A stretch of DNA of 32,000 nucleotides, taken from contig NC_017448.1 of NCBI RefSeq assembly GCF_000146505.1, forward strand, positions 1,020,001 to 1,052,000, written 5' to 3'. Position 1 is the stretch's first letter; each line of letters starts with the position of its first letter. Made by a program: the position numbers and the translations under genes. This DNA is from Fibrobacter succinogenes subsp. succinogenes S85 (GTDB lineage: Bacteria > Fibrobacterota > Fibrobacteria > Fibrobacterales > Fibrobacteraceae). The notes below the pieces were generated by a model that did no database searches, was not told where the DNA came from, and was given only the letters and a program-made list of their open reading frames with translations. Shown piece after piece: positions 1-7,336 of the stretch.

Positions 1-263
1 TCGCGAAGACCGCTGAAGAAGAAGGCTTCACCGCTCTCGCCAAGAAGTTCCGCATGGTCGCCGCCATCGAAAAGATGCACGAAGAACGCTATCGCGCCCT
101 CCTTAAAAATGTGGAAACGGCCAAGGTCTTCGAAAAGAGCGAAGTCAAGGTTTGGGAATGCCGCAACTGCGGACACATCGTGGTCGGTACAAAGGCCCCG
201 GAAGTCTGCCCCGTCTGCGCTCACCCGCAATCCTACTTCGAGGTACATGAAGACAATTTCTAA
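1..263 (+). CDS. rbr: rubrerythrin, C-terminal part (5' end lies outside the window)
   Basis: The frame is open from the window edge ([30 protein letters not shown]...) and ends at TAA 261-263. It has a ferritin-like diiron ExxH motif (EKMHEE) followed by a rubredoxin-type CxxC...CxxC ([23 protein letters not shown]). Confidence 0.85.
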   Translation, partial: AKTAEEEGFTALAKKFRMVAAIEKMHEERYRALLKNVETAKVFEKSEVKVWECRNCGHIVVGTKAPEVCPVCAHPQSYFEVHEDNF

Positions 264-322
264 GAGCCGAGTGTCGCAGCAAGATGCCGCGCAGCTCGTC
301 ACAATTAAATTCACAATACAGG

Positions 323-346
323 CACCGGAGAAATCCGGTGTTTTTT
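323..346 (+). terminator. rho-independent terminator after rubrerythrin
   Basis: Stem caccgga (323-329), loop gaaa, stem tccggtg (334-340), then T6 (341-346). The T-tract overlaps the stop codon of the convergent minus-strand gene. Confidence 0.6.
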
Positions 347-1385
347 ATTGCACTACTTTTACGAGTCTGCCGTTCTTGAGCGGCAGCGTTTTGGATTCAG
401 TGTGTAGGCCACGACCAACACGCGAACCATTAACGCGATAGATCTCAACAGGCTTTGAATCTGCACGGCGATTTTCTCGCCATAAACGTTTATTCAAGCC
501 AACACCGCCCGCGTTGTCAAGCGACACAGCGATAGAATCGGTTGAAACCGTAAAATTGTCAAATCGGATAAAGTTATCGTGTGTCGGAGCCCATTCAGCG
601 CTACTCCCGCCATGGAACGTGGAAAGATAGAACTTGTCCACATGCAAAGTATCATAATCGCGGAGCCTGAGCGTATCGACATCTAGCACGAGCTCGCCAT
701 CAAGCCACGCCTGCACACGACCGTTCTTGTCGCCCGCGCCAGGAGTCTTGACCGTATTCATCGAGACTTTATTGACTATGCGATGCCATTTGCCAATCGT
801 GAATTGCGCTTGCGGATTTTTACCACCGAGATCCCACTTGAAATCATCGCCGTATTCAGATTTTTGCCCCATGAAATAAATCAGCTGAACAGCGTTCCCG
901 CCCTTGCGCCACATAATTCGCGCACTCCAGCCATCCCCCGTTTCGGGCATCGCGTTCCCCGTGTAGCACTTACCGCCACATAGCCCCGGAAGCTTGCCTC
1001 CCAACTGGAATTCAAAACCGTCCTCGAAGAAAATATCGTACGCACTCCACATCGTATCGGCAGTTTTCACAAGTGGCTGGATGATTTGCGCCGCACACGC
1101 GGGAGTATCATTGTCATTCGGACCAACGCAGCCCTTGGGGTACTTGAGTTGCAACACATTGCCGTGCGCCACGCCGTCATAGACAATCTTGGAATTTTCG
1201 CCGTTGTTCTTGTCCATCGCATACCACCAGCTTTTATCCGTGGTGTTGCGCTTGAAATCTTCCTTAGCCTCCGCATTGCCATAAACACCAACTTCGCGAT
1301 TTTCGAAGTTGACAAACGAGACCGTATCTGCAGTTTGAGCAAAAGCCGCAGAAGCGCAAAGCAAGAAAAACGCGTACTTATTCAT
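345..1385 (-). CDS. secreted polysaccharide-lyase-like protein (PL14 / Polysacc_lyase-type fold) with basic C-terminal tail
   Basis: 346-aa ORF with signal peptide MNKYAFFLLCASAAFA|Q. The motif FEDGFEFQLGGKLPGLCGG resembles the GGKLPGL signature I associate with the Polysacc_lyase family. The Arg/Lys-rich last ~50 aa (KRLWRENRRADSK...GRLVKVVQ) resembles the basic C-terminal domains of Fibrobacter secreted enzymes. Coding status is solid; the family call comes from memory of the motif. Confidence 0.6.
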   Translation of the reverse strand: MNKYAFFLLCASAAFAQTADTVSFVNFENREVGVYGNAEAKEDFKRNTTDKSWWYAMDKNNGENSKIVYDGVAHGNVLQLKYPKGCVGPNDNDTPACAAQIIQPLVKTADTMWSAYDIFFEDGFEFQLGGKLPGLCGGKCYTGNAMPETGDGWSARIMWRKGGNAVQLIYFMGQKSEYGDDFKWDLGGKNPQAQFTIGKWHRIVNKVSMNTVKTPGAGDKNGRVQAWLDGELVLDVDTLRLRDYDTLHVDKFYLSTFHGGSSAEWAPTHDNFIRFDNFTVSTDSIAVSLDNAGGVGLNKRLWRENRRADSKPVEIYRVNGSRVGRGLHTESKTLPLKNGRLVKVVQ

Positions 1386-1401
1386 ATTCCGAAGAATGAA
1401 T

Positions 1402-1590
1402 TTAGGATTTTTTCGTCATTTTGCCACCGGCGATAAGCACTAAAAAGGCGGCACCGCCTACACCCACAATTTTCTTGATATCGCTCCAAAATTCGCGACG
1501 TTTTTCTTTGCAAGATTCGCAAAGTTTTTCAGAATCCTCAACTTTATCGCAGCCGCATTTTTTGCACTTATTCCACAATTTCTGAAGCAT
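1402..1590 (-). CDS. small zinc-ribbon protein with C-terminal membrane anchor (62 aa), function unknown
   Basis: CKKCGC-x9-CESC cysteine cluster followed by one hydrophobic helix (IVGVGGAAFLVLIAGG) and a KMTKKS tail. AAGGA lies about 8 nt upstream of the ATG. The ORF ends 16 nt before the lyase-like gene on the same strand. Confidence 0.5.
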   Translation of the reverse strand: MLQKLWNKCKKCGCDKVEDSEKLCESCKEKRREFWSDIKKIVGVGGAAFLVLIAGGKMTKKS

Positions 1591-1988
1591 AAAATGGTTC
1601 CTTATTCGTTGGAGGTGATCGTGAAGTCTTTTTAAAATACCATTTTTTGTTAGGAATGGGAGTAGTGGGGATCACACCGCTATGGATTCTTTTTTGTCAA
1701 AAAATCCAATAATTTGACAAATCAGGAATGGGATAAAGCAAATAAAATTCGCCAAATTTACGAGAAAACAGCTATAATGCATTATTATTTGACAAATAGT
1801 TAAAACGGCTGTATTCGGAAATAAATGATTCAGCCCCTGTCATTTCCAAACCATTTTTTAAGGAAATACGGAAAATGTTTAGATATTCCGAATTTGGTTG
1901 AAAAGTTTTTAAAGAAACGACTACAAATTTTAATATTTGTAGTTGTTTTATACAGATAAATTTTGTTAGGGATAGTGACCACGGTGTA

Positions 1989-2141
1989 GCGGAGACTTGC
2001 ACAAGCAAGGCTCCGTTCTAGGAGGTGAGCGGCGAGCGTAGCGAAGGCGGTTGCCCCTAGAATATAGCCCGACCTTGCCCGTGGGCAAGGGAACGCCCCA
2101 TACATGTCTCGTGCAAGGAGATTCCCCATCAAGTGGGGAAT
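1989..2141. repeat. intergenic GC-rich hairpin cluster with ATAGCCC box (copy A)
   Basis: Hairpins: cggaga-cttgc-acaa-gcaag-gctccg (1990-2015), ccttgccc/gggcaagg (2073-2090) and ttcccca/tggggaa (2122-2140). ATAGCCC sits at 2064-2070. It shares the 11-mer agcaaggctcc (2004-2014) and a gtgagcgg..gcg.a.cga stretch with copy B. Confidence 0.5.
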
Positions 2142-2301
2142 GACATGAAAGAAGTGCTCAGGAACAATGCAAAACAGGCTTGTTATGCGCCCAGCTCCGC
2201 ACGCAGCACGAAAAAGTTCCTACATTTTCCATCAGTAACATTCTCTACCGGGATCGCCATCCCGATGGATTAACTCTCAACAAATGAGGAACAAACAAAA
2301 A

Positions 2302-3576
2302 ATGGCAAGAGCATTGATTATCGGTTGTGGCGCCGTTGCCACAGTTGCTATCAAGAAGTGCTGCACCTGCAGCGAAGTTTTTAGCGAAATCTGCATCGCC
2401 AGCCGTCATCGCGAAAATTGCGAGAAGTTGGCTCAGGAACTCCGCCCGAATACGAAGACGGTCATCACGACTGCCGCCGTGGACGCTGACAAGGCCGAGA
2501 ACGTCTCTGCTCTTATTAGAGAATACAAGCCGGACCTGGTGATGAATATCGCTCTCCCCTACCAGGACCTCGCCATCATGGATGCATGCCTTGAATGTGG
2601 CGTGAACTACATGGATACGGCGAACTACGAGCCGGAAAACATCGACGATCCGGAATGGCGCAAGGTTTATGACAAGCGCTGCAAGGAAAAGGGCTTTAGC
2701 GCCTACTTCGATTACAGCTGGCAGTGGGCTTACAAAGAAAAGTTTGAAAAGGCAGGTCTCACGGCTTTGCTCGGTTCCGGCTTTGACCCGGGTGTTTCTC
2801 AGGCATACTGCGCCTACGCCTTGAAGCACCAGTTCGACACGATCGAAGAAATCGACATTCTCGACTGCAATGGCGGCGATCACGGTTACAAGTTCGCAAC
2901 GAACTTCAACCCGGAAATCAACCTCCGCGAAGTTTCTGCTCCGGGCAGCTACTGGGACACGGACGAGAACGGCAAGGGCCACTGGGTTGAAATCCCGGCC
3001 ATGAGCATCAAGCGTGAATACAACTTCGCACAGGTCGGCAAGAAGGACATGTACCTCCTCCACCACGAAGAAATTGAATCCCTCGCCCAGAACATTCCGG
3101 GCATCAAGCGCATCCGCTTCTTCATGACGTTTGGCCAGAGCTACCTCGACCACATGCGTTGCCTCGAAGACGTGGGCATGCTCAGCACGCAGCCGATCAA
3201 GTTCCAGGGTCAGGACATTGTGCCTATCCAGTTCCTCAAGGCTCTCCTCCCGGACCCGGCAAGCCTCGGTCCTCGCACGGTGGGCAAGACGAACATCGGT
3301 TGCATCTTCAAGGGCAAGAAAGATGGCAAGGACAAGACCTACTATCTGTACAACGTTTGCGACCACCAGGAATGCTACAAGGAACTCGGCAGCCAGGCTA
3401 TCGCCTACACGACTGGCGTTCCGGCCATGTGCGGTGCCATGATGGTGCTCACGGGCAAGTGGAACAAGCCGGGTGTGCATACGGTCGAAGAGTTCGATCC
3501 GGATCCGTTCATGGAAGCCCTCACTAAGTACGGTCTCCCGTGGAACGAAGATTTCAACCCGGTGCTGGTGGATTAG
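2302..3576 (+). CDS. carboxy(nor)spermidine synthase (saccharopine dehydrogenase family)
   Basis: I chose the start at ATG 2302, with GAGGA at 2286-2290 upstream; the track's ATG 2284 would add MRNKQK. The N-terminus is a Rossmann motif (MARALIIGCGAVATV). IALPYQDLAIMDACLECGVNYMDTANYEPEN is typical of polyamine-pathway CASDH/CANSDH enzymes. The gene lies directly upstream of speA. Confidence 0.75.
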   Translation: MARALIIGCGAVATVAIKKCCTCSEVFSEICIASRHRENCEKLAQELRPNTKTVITTAAVDADKAENVSALIREYKPDLVMNIALPYQDLAIMDACLECGVNYMDTANYEPENIDDPEWRKVYDKRCKEKGFSAYFDYSWQWAYKEKFEKAGLTALLGSGFDPGVSQAYCAYALKHQFDTIEEIDILDCNGGDHGYKFATNFNPEINLREVSAPGSYWDTDENGKGHWVEIPAMSIKREYNFAQVGKKDMYLLHHEEIESLAQNIPGIKRIRFFMTFGQSYLDHMRCLEDVGMLSTQPIKFQGQDIVPIQFLKALLPDPASLGPRTVGKTNIGCIFKGKKDGKDKTYYLYNVCDHQECYKELGSQAIAYTTGVPAMCGAMMVLTGKWNKPGVHTVEEFDPDPFMEALTKYGLPWNEDFNPVLVD

Positions 3577-3737
3577 AGGTTGTGAGGTTATGAGGTATGA
3601 GCACGCGACCTATGGTCGCTTTGGGGTTATGTTAGGTGCCTTCGGCACAATTTATAGCCCAGAGGGAGCAAGGCTCCCGACCTCAAAGTGAGCGGAGCGA
3701 ACGACCTCATAGCCCAATTCCTCAATCCGAAGGATTG
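3577..3737. repeat. intergenic repeat/hairpin cluster with two ATAGCCC boxes (copy B)
   Basis: It begins right after the TAG stop with the 7-8-nt periodic gaggttgt/gaggttat/gaggtat/gagcac. Hairpins: gcgacc-tat-ggtcgc, gtgcc-ttc-ggcac, gggagc-aa-gctccc and aatcc-gaa-ggatt. ATAGCCC sits at 3654-3660 and 3709-3715, and agcaaggctcc at 3667-3677. Confidence 0.5.
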
Positions 3738-3740
3738 TAA

Positions 3741-5639
3741 ATGAAAAAATGGCGCATTGACGATTCCCGAGATCTTTACAACGTAAAGGGCTGGGGCGTA
3801 AGTTACTTTGACATTAACGACAAGGGTCACGCGACGGTTTCGCCGATCAAGAATGGCGGTCCGAGCATTGACCTTTACGAGCTCGTGCAGGAACTTTCCT
3901 TGCGCGATGTTTCGACTCCTGTGTTGTTGCGCTTCCCGGATATTCTGGACAGCCGCATCGAAAAGATTCACGAGTGCTTCACGAAGGCGACGACTGAATA
4001 TGGCTACAAAGGTGGCCATTACAGCATCTTCCCGATCAAGGTGAACCAGCAGCGCGCGGTCTTGGAAGAAGTGGTGAGTCACGGTTCCAAGTTCAACATC
4101 GGCCTCGAGGCAGGTTCCAAGCCGGAACTCCACGCGGTACTTGCGAACATGGAAAATCCGGACGCGTTGATTATCTGCAACGGCTACAAGGACGAAGACT
4201 TTATCGAGCTTGCACTCCTCGCACAGAAGATGGGCAAGAAGATTTTCATTGTCGTCGAAAAGATGAACGAGCTTCACTTGGTTGTTGACTTGTCTCGTCG
4301 AATCGGCGTGCGCCCGAACATCGGCATCCGTATCAAGCTTGCAAGCTCTGGCAGTGGCAAGTGGGAAGAATCCGGCGGATACCACAGCAAGTTCGGTCTG
4401 AACAGTTCTGAACTTTTGGAAGCTCTCGACTACATCAAAGAAGAGAAGATGGAAGACTGCATGAAGCTCATCCACTTCCACTTGGGCAGCCAGATTACGA
4501 ACATTCGCCATATCAAGAATGGACTCCGCGAAGTGTCGCAGTTCTACGTTCAAATTAGAAAGATGGGCATGGGCCTTGAATTCGTGGACGTGGGCGGTGG
4601 CTTGGGCGTCGATTACGATGGCACGCGCAGTTCTAACGCAAGTTCCGTGAACTATTCCATCCAGGAATACGCAAACGACGTTGTGTACGCGATGTTCGAA
4701 GCATGCGAAAACGCCGATGTTCCTCACCCGAATATCATTGCGGAATCGGGCCGTGCACTTTCGGCTCACCATTCCATTTTGGTATTCAACGTTTTGGAAA
4801 CGGCTGGCCAGGCATTCTTTGACGAAAGCGTTCACGAGATTAGCGATGACGCGCCGGAAGCACTGAAGGACTTGTACGGCATTTACAAGAGCCTTTCTCC
4901 GAAGAACTTGCTCGAAAGCTGGCACGATGCCATGCAGATTAACGACGACACCTTGAGCGGTTTCAAGATGGGCGACGTGGATTTGCAGACGCGCGCTATG
5001 AGCGAACGTTTGTTCTGGAGCATCGCCCGCAAGGTGGACTTGCTCGCACGCGACTTGCGCCATCCGCCATATGAATTGAGCGAACTCCCACGCTTGCTTG
5101 CCGAAAAGTACTTCTGCAACTTCAGCCTTTTCCAGAGCCTCCCGGACAGCTGGGGCGTGGATCAGGTGTTCCCGATTATGCCGATCCAGCGTTTGGACGA
5201 AGAGCCGACGATTGAGACGACGATTCAGGACGTGACTTGCGATAGCGATGGCAAGATTGACATGTTCGTTCGCGGTGGCGAAGTGGCACGCACCATTCCT
5301 CTCCACCCGATCAAGAAGGACGAACCGTACTTTATCGCGGTTTACCTCGTCGGTGCATACCAGGAAATTCTCGGTGACCTCCACAACCTCTTTGGCGATA
5401 CGAACGCTGTGCATATTGTCTGCAACGACAAGGGCGGCTACGATATTGACAAGGTGATTGACGGTGAATCCGTGGAAGACGTGCTCGACTACGTGAACTT
5501 CAGCGACAAGGCTCTTGTCCGCAACATGGAAAACTGGGTCACGCGCTCTGTGAAGGAAGGAAAGATTACGCTTCAGGAAGGCAAAGAATTCTTGAACATC
5601 TATCGTTCCGGACTTTACGGGTACACGTATCTGGAGTAA
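3741..5639 (+). CDS. speA: biosynthetic arginine decarboxylase
   Basis: 632-aa ORF with the N-terminus YNVKGWGVSYFDIN. It carries the motifs FPIKVNQQ, HFHLGSQI, GGGLGVDYDG and ESGRAL of PLP fold-III SpeA enzymes. AAGGA lies 8 nt upstream of the ATG. Confidence 0.95.
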   Translation: MKKWRIDDSRDLYNVKGWGVSYFDINDKGHATVSPIKNGGPSIDLYELVQELSLRDVSTPVLLRFPDILDSRIEKIHECFTKATTEYGYKGGHYSIFPIKVNQQRAVLEEVVSHGSKFNIGLEAGSKPELHAVLANMENPDALIICNGYKDEDFIELALLAQKMGKKIFIVVEKMNELHLVVDLSRRIGVRPNIGIRIKLASSGSGKWEESGGYHSKFGLNSSELLEALDYIKEEKMEDCMKLIHFHLGSQITNIRHIKNGLREVSQFYVQIRKMGMGLEFVDVGGGLGVDYDGTRSSNASSVNYSIQEYANDVVYAMFEACENADVPHPNIIAESGRALSAHHSILVFNVLETAGQAFFDESVHEISDDAPEALKDLYGIYKSLSPKNLLESWHDAMQINDDTLSGFKMGDVDLQTRAMSERLFWSIARKVDLLARDLRHPPYELSELPRLLAEKYFCNFSLFQSLPDSWGVDQVFPIMPIQRLDEEPTIETTIQDVTCDSDGKIDMFVRGGEVARTIPLHPIKKDEPYFIAVYLVGAYQEILGDLHNLFGDTNAVHIVCNDKGGYDIDKVIDGESVEDVLDYVNFSDKALVRNMENWVTRSVKEGKITLQEGKEFLNIYRSGLYGYTYLE

Positions 5640-5740
5640 GAAGTAGACAGTAGGAAGTAGGCCGTAGACAGGACTGTAGGCGGGAAAATCCGCCCATAGC
5701 CCAAGGGCCGCAAGGCCCGAGCCCATACCCCACTCCCTTT
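5640..5740. repeat. intergenic repeat/hairpin cluster with ATAGCCC box (copy C)
   Basis: Directly after the speA TAA there are four 7-nt units gtagaca/gtaggaa/gtaggcc/gtagaca (TAG at 5644, 5651, 5658, 5665). These are followed by hairpin ggcgg-gaaaat-ccgcc, ATAGCCC (5696-5702) and hairpin gggcc-gcaa-ggccc. Confidence 0.5.
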
Positions 5741-5756
5741 AAGTCTTGAGATTACA

Positions 5757-6623
5757 ATGATAAAGAACAACTACAAGATTGCGGTTTTGCTGGCCACTTA
5801 CAATGGCGGCAAGTACATCTGGGAACAGCTTGAATCGCTGTTCCAGCAATCTTGTAAACAGTTCCATTTGTATGTTCGTGATGACGGTTCCTCGGACGAT
5901 ACGATGAAAATCGTCGAGCAATTTCACGGAATGTTTCCAGACAGAGTTACGATTTTAAAAGACTCGCAAAAGCACAGGGGTGCGGCGAAGTCTTTTATGT
6001 ATTTGCTCGAAAATGTGGATTCCGAGTATTACATGTTCTGCGACCAAGACGACATTTGGATGCTGGAGAAAATCGAGAAAACTCTTGCTCGGATGAAGGA
6101 AATTGAGAAGGCTGTAGCCAATGCCCCGAAAGAAGTCATGGGTGGAACAGCCGAGAAAAACGTGCCGATTCTCGTAGCGACGGATTTAGGCGTTGTTGAC
6201 GAACAACTTAATTTACTTTCGGAATCGTTCAACAAAGATTTGAAAATTGACGTTTTCCGCAAGCACCCAGAATTAATTAGTGTGCGCCACGTGGTCACCG
6301 GTTGCACGATGATGTTCAACCGCGCCGCAAAATTGGCAGCACTCCCGATGTCTCCTCGCGCTACCATGCACGACGAATGGGTCGCCCTTTGCGTCCACTT
6401 CAAAGGCGGCGTCATCTCGATTCTCGATGATGCGACGATTCTTTACCGCCAGCACACAAGCAATACGCTTGGCGCAGATCAAGCCCGCAAAGGCTTTTTC
6501 GCACGTGCCATCGCACGCGCAGGGCAAAAACAGTTCTTCCAAGTCGCAAAATTGCTCCACAAGGATTTCGGATTATCGTACTTAAAGTTCTTGATGTACA
6601 AAATTTTGTATAGTTGGTTCTAG
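5757..6623 (+). CDS. family-2 glycosyltransferase (rhamnosyltransferase-like), paralogue 1
   Basis: The N-terminus IAVLLATYNGGKYIWEQLESL, then VRDDGSSDDT and the DxD-type motif CDQDDIW, give a GT-A fold pattern shared with the next two genes. Confidence 0.8.
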   Translation: MIKNNYKIAVLLATYNGGKYIWEQLESLFQQSCKQFHLYVRDDGSSDDTMKIVEQFHGMFPDRVTILKDSQKHRGAAKSFMYLLENVDSEYYMFCDQDDIWMLEKIEKTLARMKEIEKAVANAPKEVMGGTAEKNVPILVATDLGVVDEQLNLLSESFNKDLKIDVFRKHPELISVRHVVTGCTMMFNRAAKLAALPMSPRATMHDEWVALCVHFKGGVISILDDATILYRQHTSNTLGADQARKGFFARAIARAGQKQFFQVAKLLHKDFGLSYLKFLMYKILYSWF

Positions 6624-6625
6624 GT

Positions 6626-7327
6626 ATGAGAAGAAGCATTTGCATGGCGACCTACAATGGCGCCAAATACATCAAGGAACAGCTGGACAGCATTATTCCG
6701 CAACTTAGAGAAGATGACGAGCTCATCGTTTCTGACGACGCCTCAAAAGACAACACTCTGAAAATCGTTGAAAGCTACAACGATCCTCGCATCAAAATTT
6801 TCCACAACGAAAATCACGGCGTAGCGCACAACTTTGAAAACGCCATGCGAGAGGCCACGGGCGACTTGATTTACTTTGCCGACCAGGACGATGTATGGTT
6901 GCCGGGCAAGCTCGACAAGATGGAAAAGTTCCTCACGGAAGGCGGCTATGACACGATTCTTTGCAACTGTTCGCTCGTCGATGCCAACTTGAACGTGATC
7001 AAAGAACGCCATTACGATGAAAAATGGCCGATGAAAAAATCGCTCTTGCGAAACATCATCAACAATTGCTGGCTTGGAGCTTGCATGTGCTTTACCAAGC
7101 AGGTGAAGGACGCTTGCATGCCGTTCCCGCCGAAAGTCGTCGCACACGATTTGTGGGTCTCGTACTATGCACAAAAGCATTTCAAGTGCGGCTACCAAGA
7201 CGAAGTTTTGCAGCTTTACCGCCGTCACGAAAACACCGTTTCGTTCACAGGCGGCAAGAGCACGAACAGTCTCTATTTTAGAATTGCATACCGCGCTTAC
7301 CTTGCGTGGCATATCCTTTGGCGTTAG
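6626..7327 (+). CDS. family-2 glycosyltransferase, paralogue 2
   Basis: ATG 6626 lies 2 nt after the upstream TAG; the track start 6614 is a TTG that overlaps the previous gene. Motifs: MRRSICMATYNGAKYIKEQLDSI, VSDDASKDNT, ADQDDVW. Confidence 0.8.
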   Translation: MRRSICMATYNGAKYIKEQLDSIIPQLREDDELIVSDDASKDNTLKIVESYNDPRIKIFHNENHGVAHNFENAMREATGDLIYFADQDDVWLPGKLDKMEKFLTEGGYDTILCNCSLVDANLNVIKERHYDEKWPMKKSLLRNIINNCWLGACMCFTKQVKDACMPFPPKVVAHDLWVSYYAQKHFKCGYQDEVLQLYRRHENTVSFTGGKSTNSLYFRIAYRAYLAWHILWR

Positions 7328-7336
7328 GCGTTGAGC

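Noticed and set aside
109-441. 110-aa plus-strand ORF overlapping the rubrerythrin 3' end and the terminator
   Set aside because: It is out of frame with a clearly recognisable gene, runs through the terminator hairpin and into the convergent gene, and has an Arg/Ser/Thr-rich composition.
1772-2132. 78-aa and 100-aa minus-strand ORFs in the long spacer upstream of the polyamine operon
   Set aside because: They run through AT-rich non-coding-looking DNA and the GC-hairpin repeat cluster. They have no ribosome-binding site, and their composition changes abruptly at the repeat boundary.
1591-2301. Possible structured ncRNA (RNase P, tmRNA, SRP, 6S or a riboswitch) in the 690-nt spacer
   Set aside because: I could not find any conserved core motif of those RNAs on either strand, for example the RNase P GGAAAGUCC-type core or the tmRNA tag template. 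The hairpins match the local ATAGCCC repeat family instead. A covariance-model scan (Rfam) would be the decisive test.
2245-3480. 411-aa minus-strand ORF opposite the carboxyspermidine synthase gene, plus the plus-strand out-of-frame ORFs at 2327-2542, 3131-3442 and 3159-3527
   Set aside because: These are register-frame shadow ORFs or out-of-frame overlaps with Arg/Ser-rich junk composition. The sense ORF has a Rossmann N-terminus and family motifs.
3627-5726. 699-aa minus-strand ORF that covers all of speA and both flanking spacers
   Set aside because: It lies in the codon-register antisense frame of a gene with unmistakable SpeA motifs. It has no recognisable motifs and a low-complexity Val/Ala/His/Arg-rich composition. 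Its openness is explained by speA having no TTA, CTA or TCA codons.
1989-5740. CRISPR-like interpretation of the recurring hairpins
   Set aside because: There are no regularly spaced identical 25-40-nt repeats. The copies are separated by whole genes, and no cas genes are present.
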